NCBI GenBank assembly: GCA_963826535.1
Contig: CAWGXL010000001.1
Coordinates: 78,336-142,335 of the forward strand
Length of the DNA stretch: 64,000 nt
Reading direction: 5' to 3'
From: an uncultured bacterium
Lineage (GTDB): Bacteria; Patescibacteriota; Microgenomatia; Levybacterales; UBA12049
This document shows positions 18,511 through 27,576 of this stretch, in pieces (position 1 is the stretch's first letter; every line of letters begins with the position of its first letter). Both the position numbers and the translations under genes were made by a program. The notes beneath the pieces are model-generated. The model saw nothing but the letters and a program-made list of their open reading frames with translations. It was not told where the DNA came from and made no database searches.

Positions 18511-21144
18511 ATGAAAAAAATATTATACATCCTGGTAATTTTTTCACTAATAACCTTGGCGGTAACAAAATTCAATAATACTACATTAGCAGCCGGCTCC
18601 CCACTGAAAATCTCTCCATTCCACTCAAACGCAAATTCTCCCTGCGGAGTATTTTACACACCTTCGCCATACTCATTTACCTATAATAGCGAGACTGTCT
18701 GGCTCTCAAGTCTCTCCAATGGAACGGGCAATATTTACACCGATGACAAGATAGATATCGAAGTAACCCGTCCAGATGGAACTAAAGCTACATTCACCAA
18801 AAACTATGGCAATGGCTCCATAATAACTCCCACAGCTCCACAAAATATCACAACACTTTTCAAATCAGGTAACAACAACGTCAAAGTAACCATGACAGAC
18901 ACGACAGCCCCAGTGTGTAATTCCTCTGAGTACTGGCTGGTAGAGACGACTAGCGGTGGAGGGACAACGCCTGCAAAACCACATGTTTTACCAAGAAGTA
19001 CTTGGCATGGAGACAGCAGTGGAGCAACTATATCTCAAACACCGAAACGTATTGCCATCCATCATACAGCAGGCACGAATGATCCTGGGAATATAGGAAC
19101 TTTAAAGAAAGAATTAGAGCTTGCAACGAAATTAAAGCCTTCTATTACACTCAAAAAACTATTTAATCCTTTAAATGTGCTAAGTGCGGGATATGATCCC
19201 AATTATACAGCAATTCGAAATACTTACGAAGGATCAATCTTCCTAGACTGGCTGGATCATAAATATTTGCATCCAGATTACGGCATAGATGATCTTGCCT
19301 ATAGCTACCTTATTGCACCGAATGGGAAAATTTATGAGGGACGCTTTAAAGGTGGTTTAGCCGAAAATGCAGACAACAGAGGGTCATCAACATGGCACGC
19401 GAATACAGGACTCATTGGTATAGCATTTGTCGGAAGATATGGGATTGACACAGCAAGAGGAGAAAGTCAGGCTGTTATTAATCTTCTTCACGGAGTTGCA
19501 CAGCCTACGGATGCGTCAATTCAAAGCGCAAGAAGTCTAATTGATTGGTTGACCGCAAAATATAATATAGATAAAAATGGCCAAACTAAATTACCTCCGA
19601 GCGTTGATGGAGTTCCAAGTTGCATTAGATCCGAAGTCACAAATGAATGCTTTGTCAACAATATTGCAGGACACAAAGATTATGATTTCTCAACAAATAA
19701 TATAAGCAATAGTCCAAATGATACTATTTGCCCTGGAGATAATATATATCAATTTATTCCTACATTTAAATTCCTCGCTAATAACAATGGCACTGGCACT
19801 ATACCTGCTCACACAAACCCATCTGGACTATTGATCGCAGGATTCTCTCCAGTAAACTTGGGCGTAGTTGACCCTACGGGAAAAAGACTTGGCGTAGATC
19901 CGGCAACTGGACAATTTGTTACCAATATAACCAGCGGAGTCCAAGGAAAAATAATAGAAGGTGAAGATCCTACCGATTTCGACTTTGTACTTCATATTCC
20001 CTCACCAGTGAACGGAGTATATAAAGTTGATGTAGTAGGAACTGGGACAGGCGCATTTACTTTGGGTACCGAGGATCTTGCATCCTCAAATGCATCTGCT
20101 TATGCAGGAAATACTACAAGCGGACAAAAGGATAACTATCAAATTATCTATAACTCAACAACACCAACAAAACTTGAGATGTTCCATGACACTGTGCCTC
20201 CAGTAACTACAGGAAAAATGACATGCCCAAGAGACATGCAAGGAATCTGCCGCTCAACAGCAACCGTCAACTTAACAGCAACTGATACTGGCACAAATGG
20301 AGATCCCGCATCAGGTGTAGCAAAAATCGAATGTTCCCATGACAATAAAGTCACATGGCAGCAATGCGGAACAGCAAGCGGTGGCAGTCTTAGCTTCAAC
20401 AAAAATGAAAAAAAATCATTCCACTACAGAGCTATCGATAGAGTTGGGAATGCCGAGGCAGCCAAATTCTCAGGAGTTATCGATGTCCAACAGTTTGTCG
20501 CCCTCGCTGATTCTTCTCTTACCAGCAATTTAGCAACCAATTTGGAAACAAAAGGCATTGCCCAAAGCAATGGGACAATGAGTTTTACGTACAATACAAC
20601 AGTAAAACTTGATATCATAAACCACATCGGCGCTTTCACTCAATCAGGCAACACAACATTCACTTACAATCAAAAAAATCAGATAACAACACCAAATCCA
20701 TTACCAAACTACCCATTAAGCTACTACAAAACAACATGCCCCAATTTCGCGGGCCCGCTCACAATCAACGATACATCTCCTGCATACAACAAATGCATGT
20801 ATGTCACTGGCGATGTCACATTTAATGCAACGACTCCAACTGGAAAATTGACGATCATCAGCGAAGGATTCATCAGGGACAACAGCACAACAGCAAATCT
20901 GACAGCATGGGATACAAAAAATGGGGTACTCTTCTACTCCAACAAAGGGTACACAACATTAGCAAATGGAACCACATACACTGGTATCGTCTATGCTCCG
21001 ACTACAAAAATTGACGGAGCATTCTCAAATACAACACTCAACGGAGGATTATATTCAAAAACAGTAAACTTTGGGGCAGATACATCTTTAAAAGCATTCC
21101 AAGGGGCAGGCTTCCCGGCAACAACATATACGCTCCCATTGTAG
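18511..21144 (+). CDS. large secreted protein with N-acetylmuramoyl-L-alanine amidase (Amidase_2/PGRP) domain and Thr/Asn-rich Ig-like C-terminal region
   Basis: Signal peptide; PRSTWHGDSS..IAIHHTAGTND..NRGSSTWHANTGLIGIAFVG amidase_2 signatures; 877 aa, with a Cys-containing beta-rich C-terminal half. Confidence 0.7.
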   Translation: MKKILYILVIFSLITLAVTKFNNTTLAAGSPLKISPFHSNANSPCGVFYTPSPYSFTYNSETVWLSSLSNGTGNIYTDDKIDIEVTRPDGTKATFTKNYGNGSIITPTAPQNITTLFKSGNNNVKVTMTDTTAPVCNSSEYWLVETTSGGGTTPAKPHVLPRSTWHGDSSGATISQTPKRIAIHHTAGTNDPGNIGTLKKELELATKLKPSITLKKLFNPLNVLSAGYDPNYTAIRNTYEGSIFLDWLDHKYLHPDYGIDDLAYSYLIAPNGKIYEGRFKGGLAENADNRGSSTWHANTGLIGIAFVGRYGIDTARGESQAVINLLHGVAQPTDASIQSARSLIDWLTAKYNIDKNGQTKLPPSVDGVPSCIRSEVTNECFVNNIAGHKDYDFSTNNISNSPNDTICPGDNIYQFIPTFKFLANNNGTGTIPAHTNPSGLLIAGFSPVNLGVVDPTGKRLGVDPATGQFVTNITSGVQGKIIEGEDPTDFDFVLHIPSPVNGVYKVDVVGTGTGAFTLGTEDLASSNASAYAGNTTSGQKDNYQIIYNSTTPTKLEMFHDTVPPVTTGKMTCPRDMQGICRSTATVNLTATDTGTNGDPASGVAKIECSHDNKVTWQQCGTASGGSLSFNKNEKKSFHYRAIDRVGNAEAAKFSGVIDVQQFVALADSSLTSNLATNLETKGIAQSNGTMSFTYNTTVKLDIINHIGAFTQSGNTTFTYNQKNQITTPNPLPNYPLSYYKTTCPNFAGPLTINDTSPAYNKCMYVTGDVTFNATTPTGKLTIISEGFIRDNSTTANLTAWDTKNGVLFYSNKGYTTLANGTTYTGIVYAPTTKIDGAFSNTTLNGGLYSKTVNFGADTSLKAFQGAGFPATTYTLPL

Positions 21145-21159
21145 TATAATTTTATTACT

Positions 21160-22113
21160 ATGACGAAAAAAAGATTGTCCAAAAGTAGAATTATATTCTT
21201 GGGCATTTTGTTTCTTGCTCTTTTATTCATATTATTGCCCTCAAATAAATTAAGCGGCCGCTTTATCACTTTGGTGGAACCAAAAAACATTGTTGTCTCT
21301 CGTCCAATTTATAGAGAACACTACCCAACAGATTTTTTGTGGTGGCTTGGTGGCGAATATACTTGTACCAAAACCAATATTTTTGTAACTAATTTCATAG
21401 GAACTAAAGAACGAATCTTTTCCGATAATAACTATCAAGGAGATAAACTAGACTTATTTATTTTATCTCCAGATAGAACGCGTGCAATTGGCAAATTTAC
21501 TAATCAAACCTGCGGAGGCGCGGATCAGAAATATTCTTATTTTCAGTATATTGATTTATTCAATGATAAAACTATACCGATTATCGGCAAAGATAATAGG
21601 ATATTTGACTACTTGGGGAATATTGCCTTTTCCCCGAATAGTAGGCTAATAGCATATTTTAATAAAGATGCAATGTATGTATTTGATACAAAAGACGGAT
21701 CAAGCAAGAAACTTATCCAGAATTTAGATGTAAAACCCATTACGATATTTGACACAAATGAAGAATGGCAAAGCAGTGAACTTGGTCGTAGTCCTTTTAT
21801 TACATCTTCACTTGACAATGGCAAATATATATATAAACCGAGACGTAATCTTGCCTGGAAAGATGATTCAACAATTTATTATTATTTTAATTTAGCTCAT
21901 GATCCAGACGGCTTTTATTCAGTAAATTTCTCTAATGCTAGAATCAAAAAAATCTCTAATTACACATATGAAAAATTCCAACAACTAAAGAAACAAAATA
22001 CCAAACACCAATTAGGCATAATTGAATATCCCATTGAAGACTCTAAGGCAGACGATAATTATCAGAAGAAGTATTGTAACTATGGCGCGCATTATAGCTT
22101 TTGTCAAATATAA
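21160..22113 (+). CDS. signal-anchored beta-propeller-like protein (PD40/TolB-like repeats)
   Basis: N-terminal TM; repeated segments such as IAFSPNSRLIAYFNKDAMYVFD; directly downstream of the amidase gene. Confidence 0.4.
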   Translation: MTKKRLSKSRIIFLGILFLALLFILLPSNKLSGRFITLVEPKNIVVSRPIYREHYPTDFLWWLGGEYTCTKTNIFVTNFIGTKERIFSDNNYQGDKLDLFILSPDRTRAIGKFTNQTCGGADQKYSYFQYIDLFNDKTIPIIGKDNRIFDYLGNIAFSPNSRLIAYFNKDAMYVFDTKDGSSKKLIQNLDVKPITIFDTNEEWQSSELGRSPFITSSLDNGKYIYKPRRNLAWKDDSTIYYYFNLAHDPDGFYSVNFSNARIKKISNYTYEKFQQLKKQNTKHQLGIIEYPIEDSKADDNYQKKYCNYGAHYSFCQI

Positions 22114-22170
22114 TACCTGGTCCTACCCAAAGTTGGACTATGACAGGTTGTTATAATGATCACAGCCTCT

Positions 22171-22222
22171 CGTATAACCCCTAATTCAACCACTTCGTTT
22201 CAAGCTCAGCTAAATATCTACC
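22171..22222 (-). pseudogene. 3'-terminal remnant of a paralog of the 17302-18417 SBP-fusion gene
   Basis: Minus-strand translation ...GVGRYLAELETKWLN* matches the C-terminus ...KKGVLAELEKKWLD* of the intact gene; it is immediately followed by a copy of that gene's upstream palindrome. Confidence 0.45.
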
Positions 22223-22242
22223 CACTCCACGGTGGCTTAAGT

Positions 22243-22258
22243 TGTCAGATATCCTGAC
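22243..22258. promoter_or_regulatory. second copy of the TGTCAG-N5-CTGAC palindrome
   Basis: tgtcagatatcctgac, embedded in a ~27-nt stretch similar to 18445-18472. Confidence 0.4.
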
Positions 22259-22364
22259 GCTACAGTCATGTTAAATTTATTAGATATGTAATATGATTGT
22301 TCCCAATAAGTGAAGTTTTTATACGCTCATCAAGCAGAAAATATTTAATAGAATATTCAAAATT

Positions 22365-22982
22365 ATGAAAACCCATAAATATACAAAATCAAGAAGAGTA
22401 TTAAACAGCAATATTGAACCGAAATATATTATAACTCATCAAAAAGCAGTCAAATTCATTGATTCTGTTGATCTAAAAAATACAGGGAAGGAGAACAGAA
22501 CAAAAAACTTAACAAAATTTGACTATCTCAAGAGTGAGCACAAGGATATTGTAAATCTCAAATATAACGAGCACTTAATTGCCTTTAAAGGCATAAATTC
22601 TCCAGCAATAGCAACGCTTACAAAAATGCTAAACCAGAATATCTCAACAAAAGAAATTCAAAAAATTATTGACCAACACACTTTGGAATGTATGGAATTT
22701 TTGACAAAAATTGAAAAAGATGGGATTACATATGCTCATACTACAATTATACTTTTGCTAATAGATGAATTAATTAAAAATCTAAAAATTCGTCGTATGA
22801 TTATTACACAAATTATTTATAAACAGGCATATATCTTATTGCCACATTCCTCAAATTTAAGGGGTGAATTGTTAAACTTCGCCGCACGCGATTTAGAATA
22901 TATAAGAGAAAAAAAATTACTACCACATTTATTACATCACCTTATACGATTAACGCAAGATATCATGAAATTGAAAATATGA
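22365..22982 (+). CDS. hypothetical protein
   Basis: 205-aa ORF, Lys/Ile-rich, no recognisable motif. Confidence 0.35.
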   Translation: MKTHKYTKSRRVLNSNIEPKYIITHQKAVKFIDSVDLKNTGKENRTKNLTKFDYLKSEHKDIVNLKYNEHLIAFKGINSPAIATLTKMLNQNISTKEIQKIIDQHTLECMEFLTKIEKDGITYAHTTIILLLIDELIKNLKIRRMIITQIIYKQAYILLPHSSNLRGELLNFAARDLEYIREKKLLPHLLHHLIRLTQDIMKLKI

Positions 22983-23002
22983 TTCAACACTCTTATTAAC
23001 AT

Positions 23003-23314
23003 ATGATATATCGATCGTCAACAACATTCACAGATCAGAGAAACCAACAAACGCGACATATGAAACATGCTAAGGAAACAAAGAATGCCCTGTCTAATAT
23101 TAGAATTTGTAAAAATCATCCCAGTAGCCCATGGGGACAAGATCAATTGGACAACTGGCTTCCTCAATGTTATTACGGGCATACTACTGGTACAACCTGT
23201 GAATTACTAAAAGTAGAAAAAGGTGTAGCACCGGATATTTATTGCGAATGTGGTGAGTATGGAATAAAAAAAAGTAATACTTATTGTACCCCGTTAAATA
23301 TCCGCGCAAGTTAA
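23003..23314 (+). CDS. hypothetical small Cys-containing protein
   Basis: 103-aa ORF with scattered Cys (CKNHP, CYYGH, CECGEYG, YCTP); weak support. Confidence 0.3.
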   Translation: MIYRSSTTFTDQRNQQTRHMKHAKETKNALSNIRICKNHPSSPWGQDQLDNWLPQCYYGHTTGTTCELLKVEKGVAPDIYCECGEYGIKKSNTYCTPLNIRAS

Positions 23315-23369
23315 ATTAAGCTATAAACTCCTCTTGACTTTATCTAATTTAAATAGCTAATATTATCCT

Positions 23370-23744
23370 ATGAATAAAAGAATATTAATTATAGATGACG
23401 ATCGATATATACGAGAGTTATATGAAGAAGTCTTAAAAAACGCAGGTTTTGTGGTTCTAACTGCAGTAGATGGAGAAGAGGGGATTAACAAATTGAAAGA
23501 AGGAGGCTACGATCTTGTCCTCCTTGATATGATGATGCCCAAAGTTGACGGAACGGGAGTAATGAATGAACTCACTCAGCACCCACCAAAATTAAAAAAT
23601 GGCCCAATAATTCTTCTCTCAAACCTCGGTAATGAATTACGCATAGAAAATGCCCTTAAATTGGGAGCATCAACATATATAGTCAAATCAGACATCACCC
23701 CTGACAAATTATTAGAAGTGGTAGAAAAATATCTTGTAAAATAA
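23370..23744 (+). CDS. stand-alone CheY-like response regulator receiver protein
   Basis: ILIIDDD..YDLVLLDMMMPKVDG..LSNLG..K receiver signature; no output domain. Confidence 0.8.
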   Translation: MNKRILIIDDDRYIRELYEEVLKNAGFVVLTAVDGEEGINKLKEGGYDLVLLDMMMPKVDGTGVMNELTQHPPKLKNGPIILLSNLGNELRIENALKLGASTYIVKSDITPDKLLEVVEKYLVK

Positions 23745-23819
23745 ATTACCAACTCCACATTTTCAGTATTCTTACAACATTCTATCTAAATTCACAAAAG
23801 GAAATAGTAGTGTTTAAAT

Positions 23820-24131
23820 ATGACTATTCTGGAAATCTCACAAGCTAATATATTAATATGGGTACTTTTTGGTTTGGTTGTAGGATCACTCGTCCATCTA
23901 CTCGATCCCGGGGAGATCAAAGGTGGCATATTCATGACAATTGGATTGGGCATACTTGGAGCTGTTGCCGGCGGCCTTCTATCTTCAGTCTTATTCAATA
24001 CAGCAATATCAGGCATTAATTTCCAAAATTTTGCCATAGCAGTAATCGGCGGCATAATCCTCGCAGTAATCTCCAGACTAATTTTCCGAAACCGAAATCA
24101 TATCAAAACAATAAACATGAAATTAAGATAA
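23820..24131 (+). CDS. GlsB/YeaQ/YmgE-family (transglycosylase-associated) small membrane protein
   Basis: Three TM helices with the Gly-zipper IGLGILGAVAGGLLSSVLF. Confidence 0.7.
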   Translation: MTILEISQANILIWVLFGLVVGSLVHLLDPGEIKGGIFMTIGLGILGAVAGGLLSSVLFNTAISGINFQNFAIAVIGGIILAVISRLIFRNRNHIKTINMKLR

Positions 24132-24176
24132 CCCGCGTGGGTGGGCCAGCTGAGCTAGACATCACCAAGCTTAGCT

Positions 24177-24252
24177 TGGTGGATCCTGCAAGATTCGAAC
24201 TTGCGACATTTGCAGTGTAAATGCAACGCTCTACCAGCTGAGCTAAGGATCC
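24177..24252 (-). tRNA. tRNA-Val (anticodon TAC), CCA encoded
   Basis: Minus-strand GGATCCTTAGCTCAGCTGGTAGAGCGTTGCATTTACACTGCAAATGTCGCAAGTTCGAATCTTGCAGGATCCACCA: perfect 7-bp acceptor, TTGCA/TGCAA anticodon stem, loop TTTACAC, GTTCGAATC T-loop. Confidence 0.9.
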
Positions 24253-24449
24253 AAATAGCTATTGCACTTCAATCAACTTGAATAATAACAAATAAACACT
24301 TTATTGACAACAAGTTAGTCTCGCCAACACAACCGAGTTAAGCCTAGCTGCTACGACTGGTACCGGATCACTCAAAACGAGAAATAAACCAAAAAACATG
24401 TTCTTACACTACGAAAAATTCAAAAACGATGGGAAAACCAAACTACCTG

Positions 24450-25187
24450 CTAAGCTGCAAATCTCTTTGCAATAAACTGAATAGCCTCAACTAAGACTAT
24501 CCTATTATTATATTTTTGTATTATTAGTTTTAACTTCACTTTGTCACTTTTATAATTTTTGACTATTGAGATTAAAGTGGGCAGTGCCCGTACGATATTG
24601 TCAACAATTGTAATTGTAGCTTTTTGAGCTGTACGCGATAAAGGATTTAAATCAACAGTTATTACCTTTTTCCCGTTTTTGATCAAAGCCTCAGTTCTAT
24701 CCCCATCTTCAAGCGGTACAAATACAACATCAGCTTTCATTATGCCTGTGGGATTAACATATCTTCTATCGGAGTCTAGAAAAGGGATAATGCATCTCTC
24801 ATCAGGAAGCAGAATTTCTTTTGCACCGTTTTTAATTAAATGATTTTTGATTTTTATCAATCTTTCCTGCGACTTATGAAAGAGATTTACCTCAAGTGGA
24901 GCGTTTAATATCTTAGACATTGCTATTAACTCTTTAGATACAAGCGCTGCTGTGTTTCCGTTAACTGAAATTACCGGATGTTTTGCGAGCATAAGCAATG
25001 CTGCAGCCGCCTCCAGAGAACTCACAGCAAATCTATTTGTTTTTTCGCCAATAAGATAATCAAATGCCTCACCTCTACCTTGAGCTATCAAACCATTTAG
25101 AGAGGTAATGCCTTCCCGAACTCCTAATTCAATGCGTGTTCGGATTTTGAGCGAAATATATCGTGGATGAGATTTCGGTACATTCAT
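24450..25187 (-). CDS. putative 4-phosphopantoate--beta-alanine ligase (archaeal-type phosphopantothenate synthetase, PPS/DUF137 family)
   Basis: 245 aa, motif GRGEAFDYLIGEKT and overall architecture recalled from archaeal PPS; translationally coupled to the upstream GHMP kinase (ATGA overlap). Assignment is from memory of the family and needs HMM confirmation. Confidence 0.55.
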   Translation of the reverse strand: MNVPKSHPRYISLKIRTRIELGVREGITSLNGLIAQGRGEAFDYLIGEKTNRFAVSSLEAAAALLMLAKHPVISVNGNTAALVSKELIAMSKILNAPLEVNLFHKSQERLIKIKNHLIKNGAKEILLPDERCIIPFLDSDRRYVNPTGIMKADVVFVPLEDGDRTEALIKNGKKVITVDLNPLSRTAQKATITIVDNIVRALPTLISIVKNYKSDKVKLKLIIQKYNNRIVLVEAIQFIAKRFAA

Positions 25188-26023
25188 AAGATATGTGCTC
25201 CTTTATCTGAAACAGACAACCTTCTAGCCCCTTTAAATGGTTTATTACTAAACACAGCATTTCCCAACATAATCATTGAAGCATAACCATTATTCTTTTC
25301 AATATTCTTTATGGTTTCTATAACTTTTTTATCTGTCAATAATCCACTGTTTCTAGCAAATCCTTTCGATAGTCTAATTAAATCTTCAAATAACAACTTT
25401 TTCTCTGCCCTAATTAATATTCGTAATTTGTTCATAGCGCTTGTAGCTGATTTATTTATTTCGTCAACTACTTCCTTATTATTAATGATTGATTTAGTAG
25501 AGATCTTACTAAAATATACACAATAAACCGGAGTTTTATCAAACGAAAGCTTCTCAACTATAAAATGCGAACTTGGCTTAAATTTTACAATCATTCCTCC
25601 AAAATATTGACTCGCAACATCTCCAAGACCGGTTTTACTTATCACATCTGCAGTATGAGCAATAACTGCCAATTCTTTATTAGATTTTTTCAAATCCAAT
25701 AGTTTATTTAATGCATATGCGCTCGCCAATGCACTAGCCCCACTTATACCGAACCCACAACCCAATGGCAGAGAAGTATTTATATTTAATTTTATCTTCT
25801 GCTTTGTTAATAGTTGTATAACTTTTCTAACTGTTGGCAAGTTGATGGCTTTATCGTTAAAGAAAATTTTATTAGAATCTGATTTAACAACCTCAACTAT
25901 TACACCTTCCCGTATAGTAAATCCTAATCCATAAGAACCCATCCAACGCGGATCTTTATGCCCATAAATCTTAAAAATACAACTTATATTTCCCGGAGCA
26001 AACGCTCGTGCTTTGTGCATCAT
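25184..26023 (-). CDS. GHMP-family kinase, putative pantoate kinase (archaeal-type)
   Basis: GHMP motif 2 (PLGCGFGISGASALASAYAL) and N-terminal APGNISCIFKI; pairing with the PPS-like gene suggests pantoate kinase. Confidence 0.55.
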   Translation of the reverse strand: MMHKARAFAPGNISCIFKIYGHKDPRWMGSYGLGFTIREGVIVEVVKSDSNKIFFNDKAINLPTVRKVIQLLTKQKIKLNINTSLPLGCGFGISGASALASAYALNKLLDLKKSNKELAVIAHTADVISKTGLGDVASQYFGGMIVKFKPSSHFIVEKLSFDKTPVYCVYFSKISTKSIINNKEVVDEINKSATSAMNKLRILIRAEKKLLFEDLIRLSKGFARNSGLLTDKKVIETIKNIEKNNGYASMIMLGNAVFSNKPFKGARRLSVSDKGAHIL

Positions 26024-26090
26024 TTTTAAAGAGGAATTTTTGACAGCAAAGTGATTCTAATTTATCTGATCCATTTATTATATTTCATAT

Positions 26091-26378
26091 TTATTTTTTC
26101 GCCTTAACCCCCACGATCATCCTCCCCGCATTAACTCCACCCTTTGCCTTATGCTTTGTTTCCGCCGGAAACTCAACCCGGTCACCCTGACGAAAAGTCT
26201 TTGAACCCTCAAGGTTTGATATAGTTAATTCACCATTCAAAATCACATGCACCGTATGCTCATCGTGCGTATGCTCTCCCGAATCAAACCCCGCTTCAAT
26301 CGGACAAACCCGAATATTCTCAAATCCCTCCTGTTCCAATTTTTTAATCCACTCCTGTTCATTCATAGTTTTATTCAT
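26091..26378 (-). CDS. cupin-domain protein
   Basis: G(x)5HxH...E / ..H pattern (DSGEHTHDEHTVHVILNGEL ... GDRVEFPAETKHKA), 95 aa. Confidence 0.65.
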   Translation of the reverse strand: MNKTMNEQEWIKKLEQEGFENIRVCPIEAGFDSGEHTHDEHTVHVILNGELTISNLEGSKTFRQGDRVEFPAETKHKAKGGVNAGRMIVGVKAKK

Positions 26379-26382
26379 CTAG

Positions 26383-26464
26383 TGCGGACGAGAGGACTTG
26401 AACCTCCAAGCCTTGCGGCACAGCCACCTCAAGGCTGCGCGTCTGCCAATTTCGCCACGTCCGC
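26383..26464 (-). tRNA. tRNA-Leu (anticodon GAG)
   Basis: Minus-strand GCGGACGTGGCGAAATTGGCAGACGCGCAGCCTTGAGGTGGCTG + long variable arm + GGAGGTTCAAGTCCTCTCGTCCGCA; anticodon loop TTGAGGT. Confidence 0.85.
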
Positions 26465-26595
26465 ATTTTACATCGATTACACTTGCTAATTTTAACAGTT
26501 TAACATACGCGTATCAAGCTGATATTAAGGCTATAATCATAAGCTTAAACTAGCAGTATTGTGAACAATACTATTGATTGCTATAATCTCACCAA

Positions 26596-27405
26596 ATGCA
26601 AACACTGGAACAAAGACCACATGCCATTGCTGACATTCTAACAACTGATAGTCTCCCACTGAGAGAAAGTCGATTAGTTAAAAAAAGAGAAAATATTGTA
26701 TACAATAACCAGGATGAAAAAAATAGAAAAAAATTTCAACCACAGATAGATGCTTTAAATCAGTTGGGATACTCCAAAAATGATGCGATAGATTTAATAC
26801 TCTTCAGCCTCCGATTGTTCGATAATACAACCACTAAACGAGAAAAGGGAAGCAGGATTTATCACGAAGGAGATCCAGCCGAGTCAGTAGTTTTACTAAA
26901 GAGTGGACATGCGCTTGTCTACAATAGTGAAAGATACGGAAAACGAAATATAATTGAAATAGCCGACAGCCCTATGTTCTTAGGAGATGAAATTCTTCAT
27001 GAAATTCAGCGAAGGGAATACACAATAGAAGCACTTACAAACTGTAGTTTTCAAACTGTACAAAAAGAAAAATTTGCGGAACAACTCAAACAAGAACCAA
27101 AACTAGCAACCCTTCTATTTGTTACACAAAGCATAAAAAAACACCGCCTAGAAAATCGAATGCTCGACTTAATGTCCAAAAAAGCTCTCTTACGCGTAGC
27201 ATCTGCTTTTTCAGAATTTATAAAAATTCCAGGAATTTCGCCGCAGCAAATAACATATCAATTAATCGCGGATTATTCAGGTTGTTCCAGAGAAACGGTA
27301 ACTCGTGAAATGGCAAGACTTAAAGATGCTCAAATTTTACAATGGGTAAGTGGGATAGGACCTCAAATCAATGATGAAAGCGCATTAAAAGCGCTTACCG
27401 ATTGA
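26596..27405 (+). CDS. Crp/Fnr-family transcriptional regulator
   Basis: cNMP-binding-like beta-roll (GDPAESVVLLKSGHALVY) and C-terminal HTH (SRETVTREMARLKDAQILQ). Confidence 0.7.
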   Translation: MQTLEQRPHAIADILTTDSLPLRESRLVKKRENIVYNNQDEKNRKKFQPQIDALNQLGYSKNDAIDLILFSLRLFDNTTTKREKGSRIYHEGDPAESVVLLKSGHALVYNSERYGKRNIIEIADSPMFLGDEILHEIQRREYTIEALTNCSFQTVQKEKFAEQLKQEPKLATLLFVTQSIKKHRLENRMLDLMSKKALLRVASAFSEFIKIPGISPQQITYQLIADYSGCSRETVTREMARLKDAQILQWVSGIGPQINDESALKALTD

Positions 27406-27418
27406 AGGGTTACTTCTG

Positions 27419-27502
27419 TGCCCAAGAGAGGACTTGAACCTCCACGCCTTTTCAGGCACAGCGTCCTGAACGCTGCGTGTCTGCCAGTTTCACCACCTGG
27501 GC
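27419..27502 (-). tRNA. tRNA-Leu (anticodon CAG)
   Basis: Minus-strand GCCCAGGTGGTGAAACTGGCAGACACGCAGCGTTCAGGACGCTG...GGAGGTTCAAGTCCTCTCTTGGGCA; anticodon loop TTCAGGA. Confidence 0.85.
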
Positions 27503-27576
27503 AATTAATTAACCAATTCTATCAAAAGGCACGAAACTTGACAACTAAAAAGCGATTTGCCATTATACAATTATAG

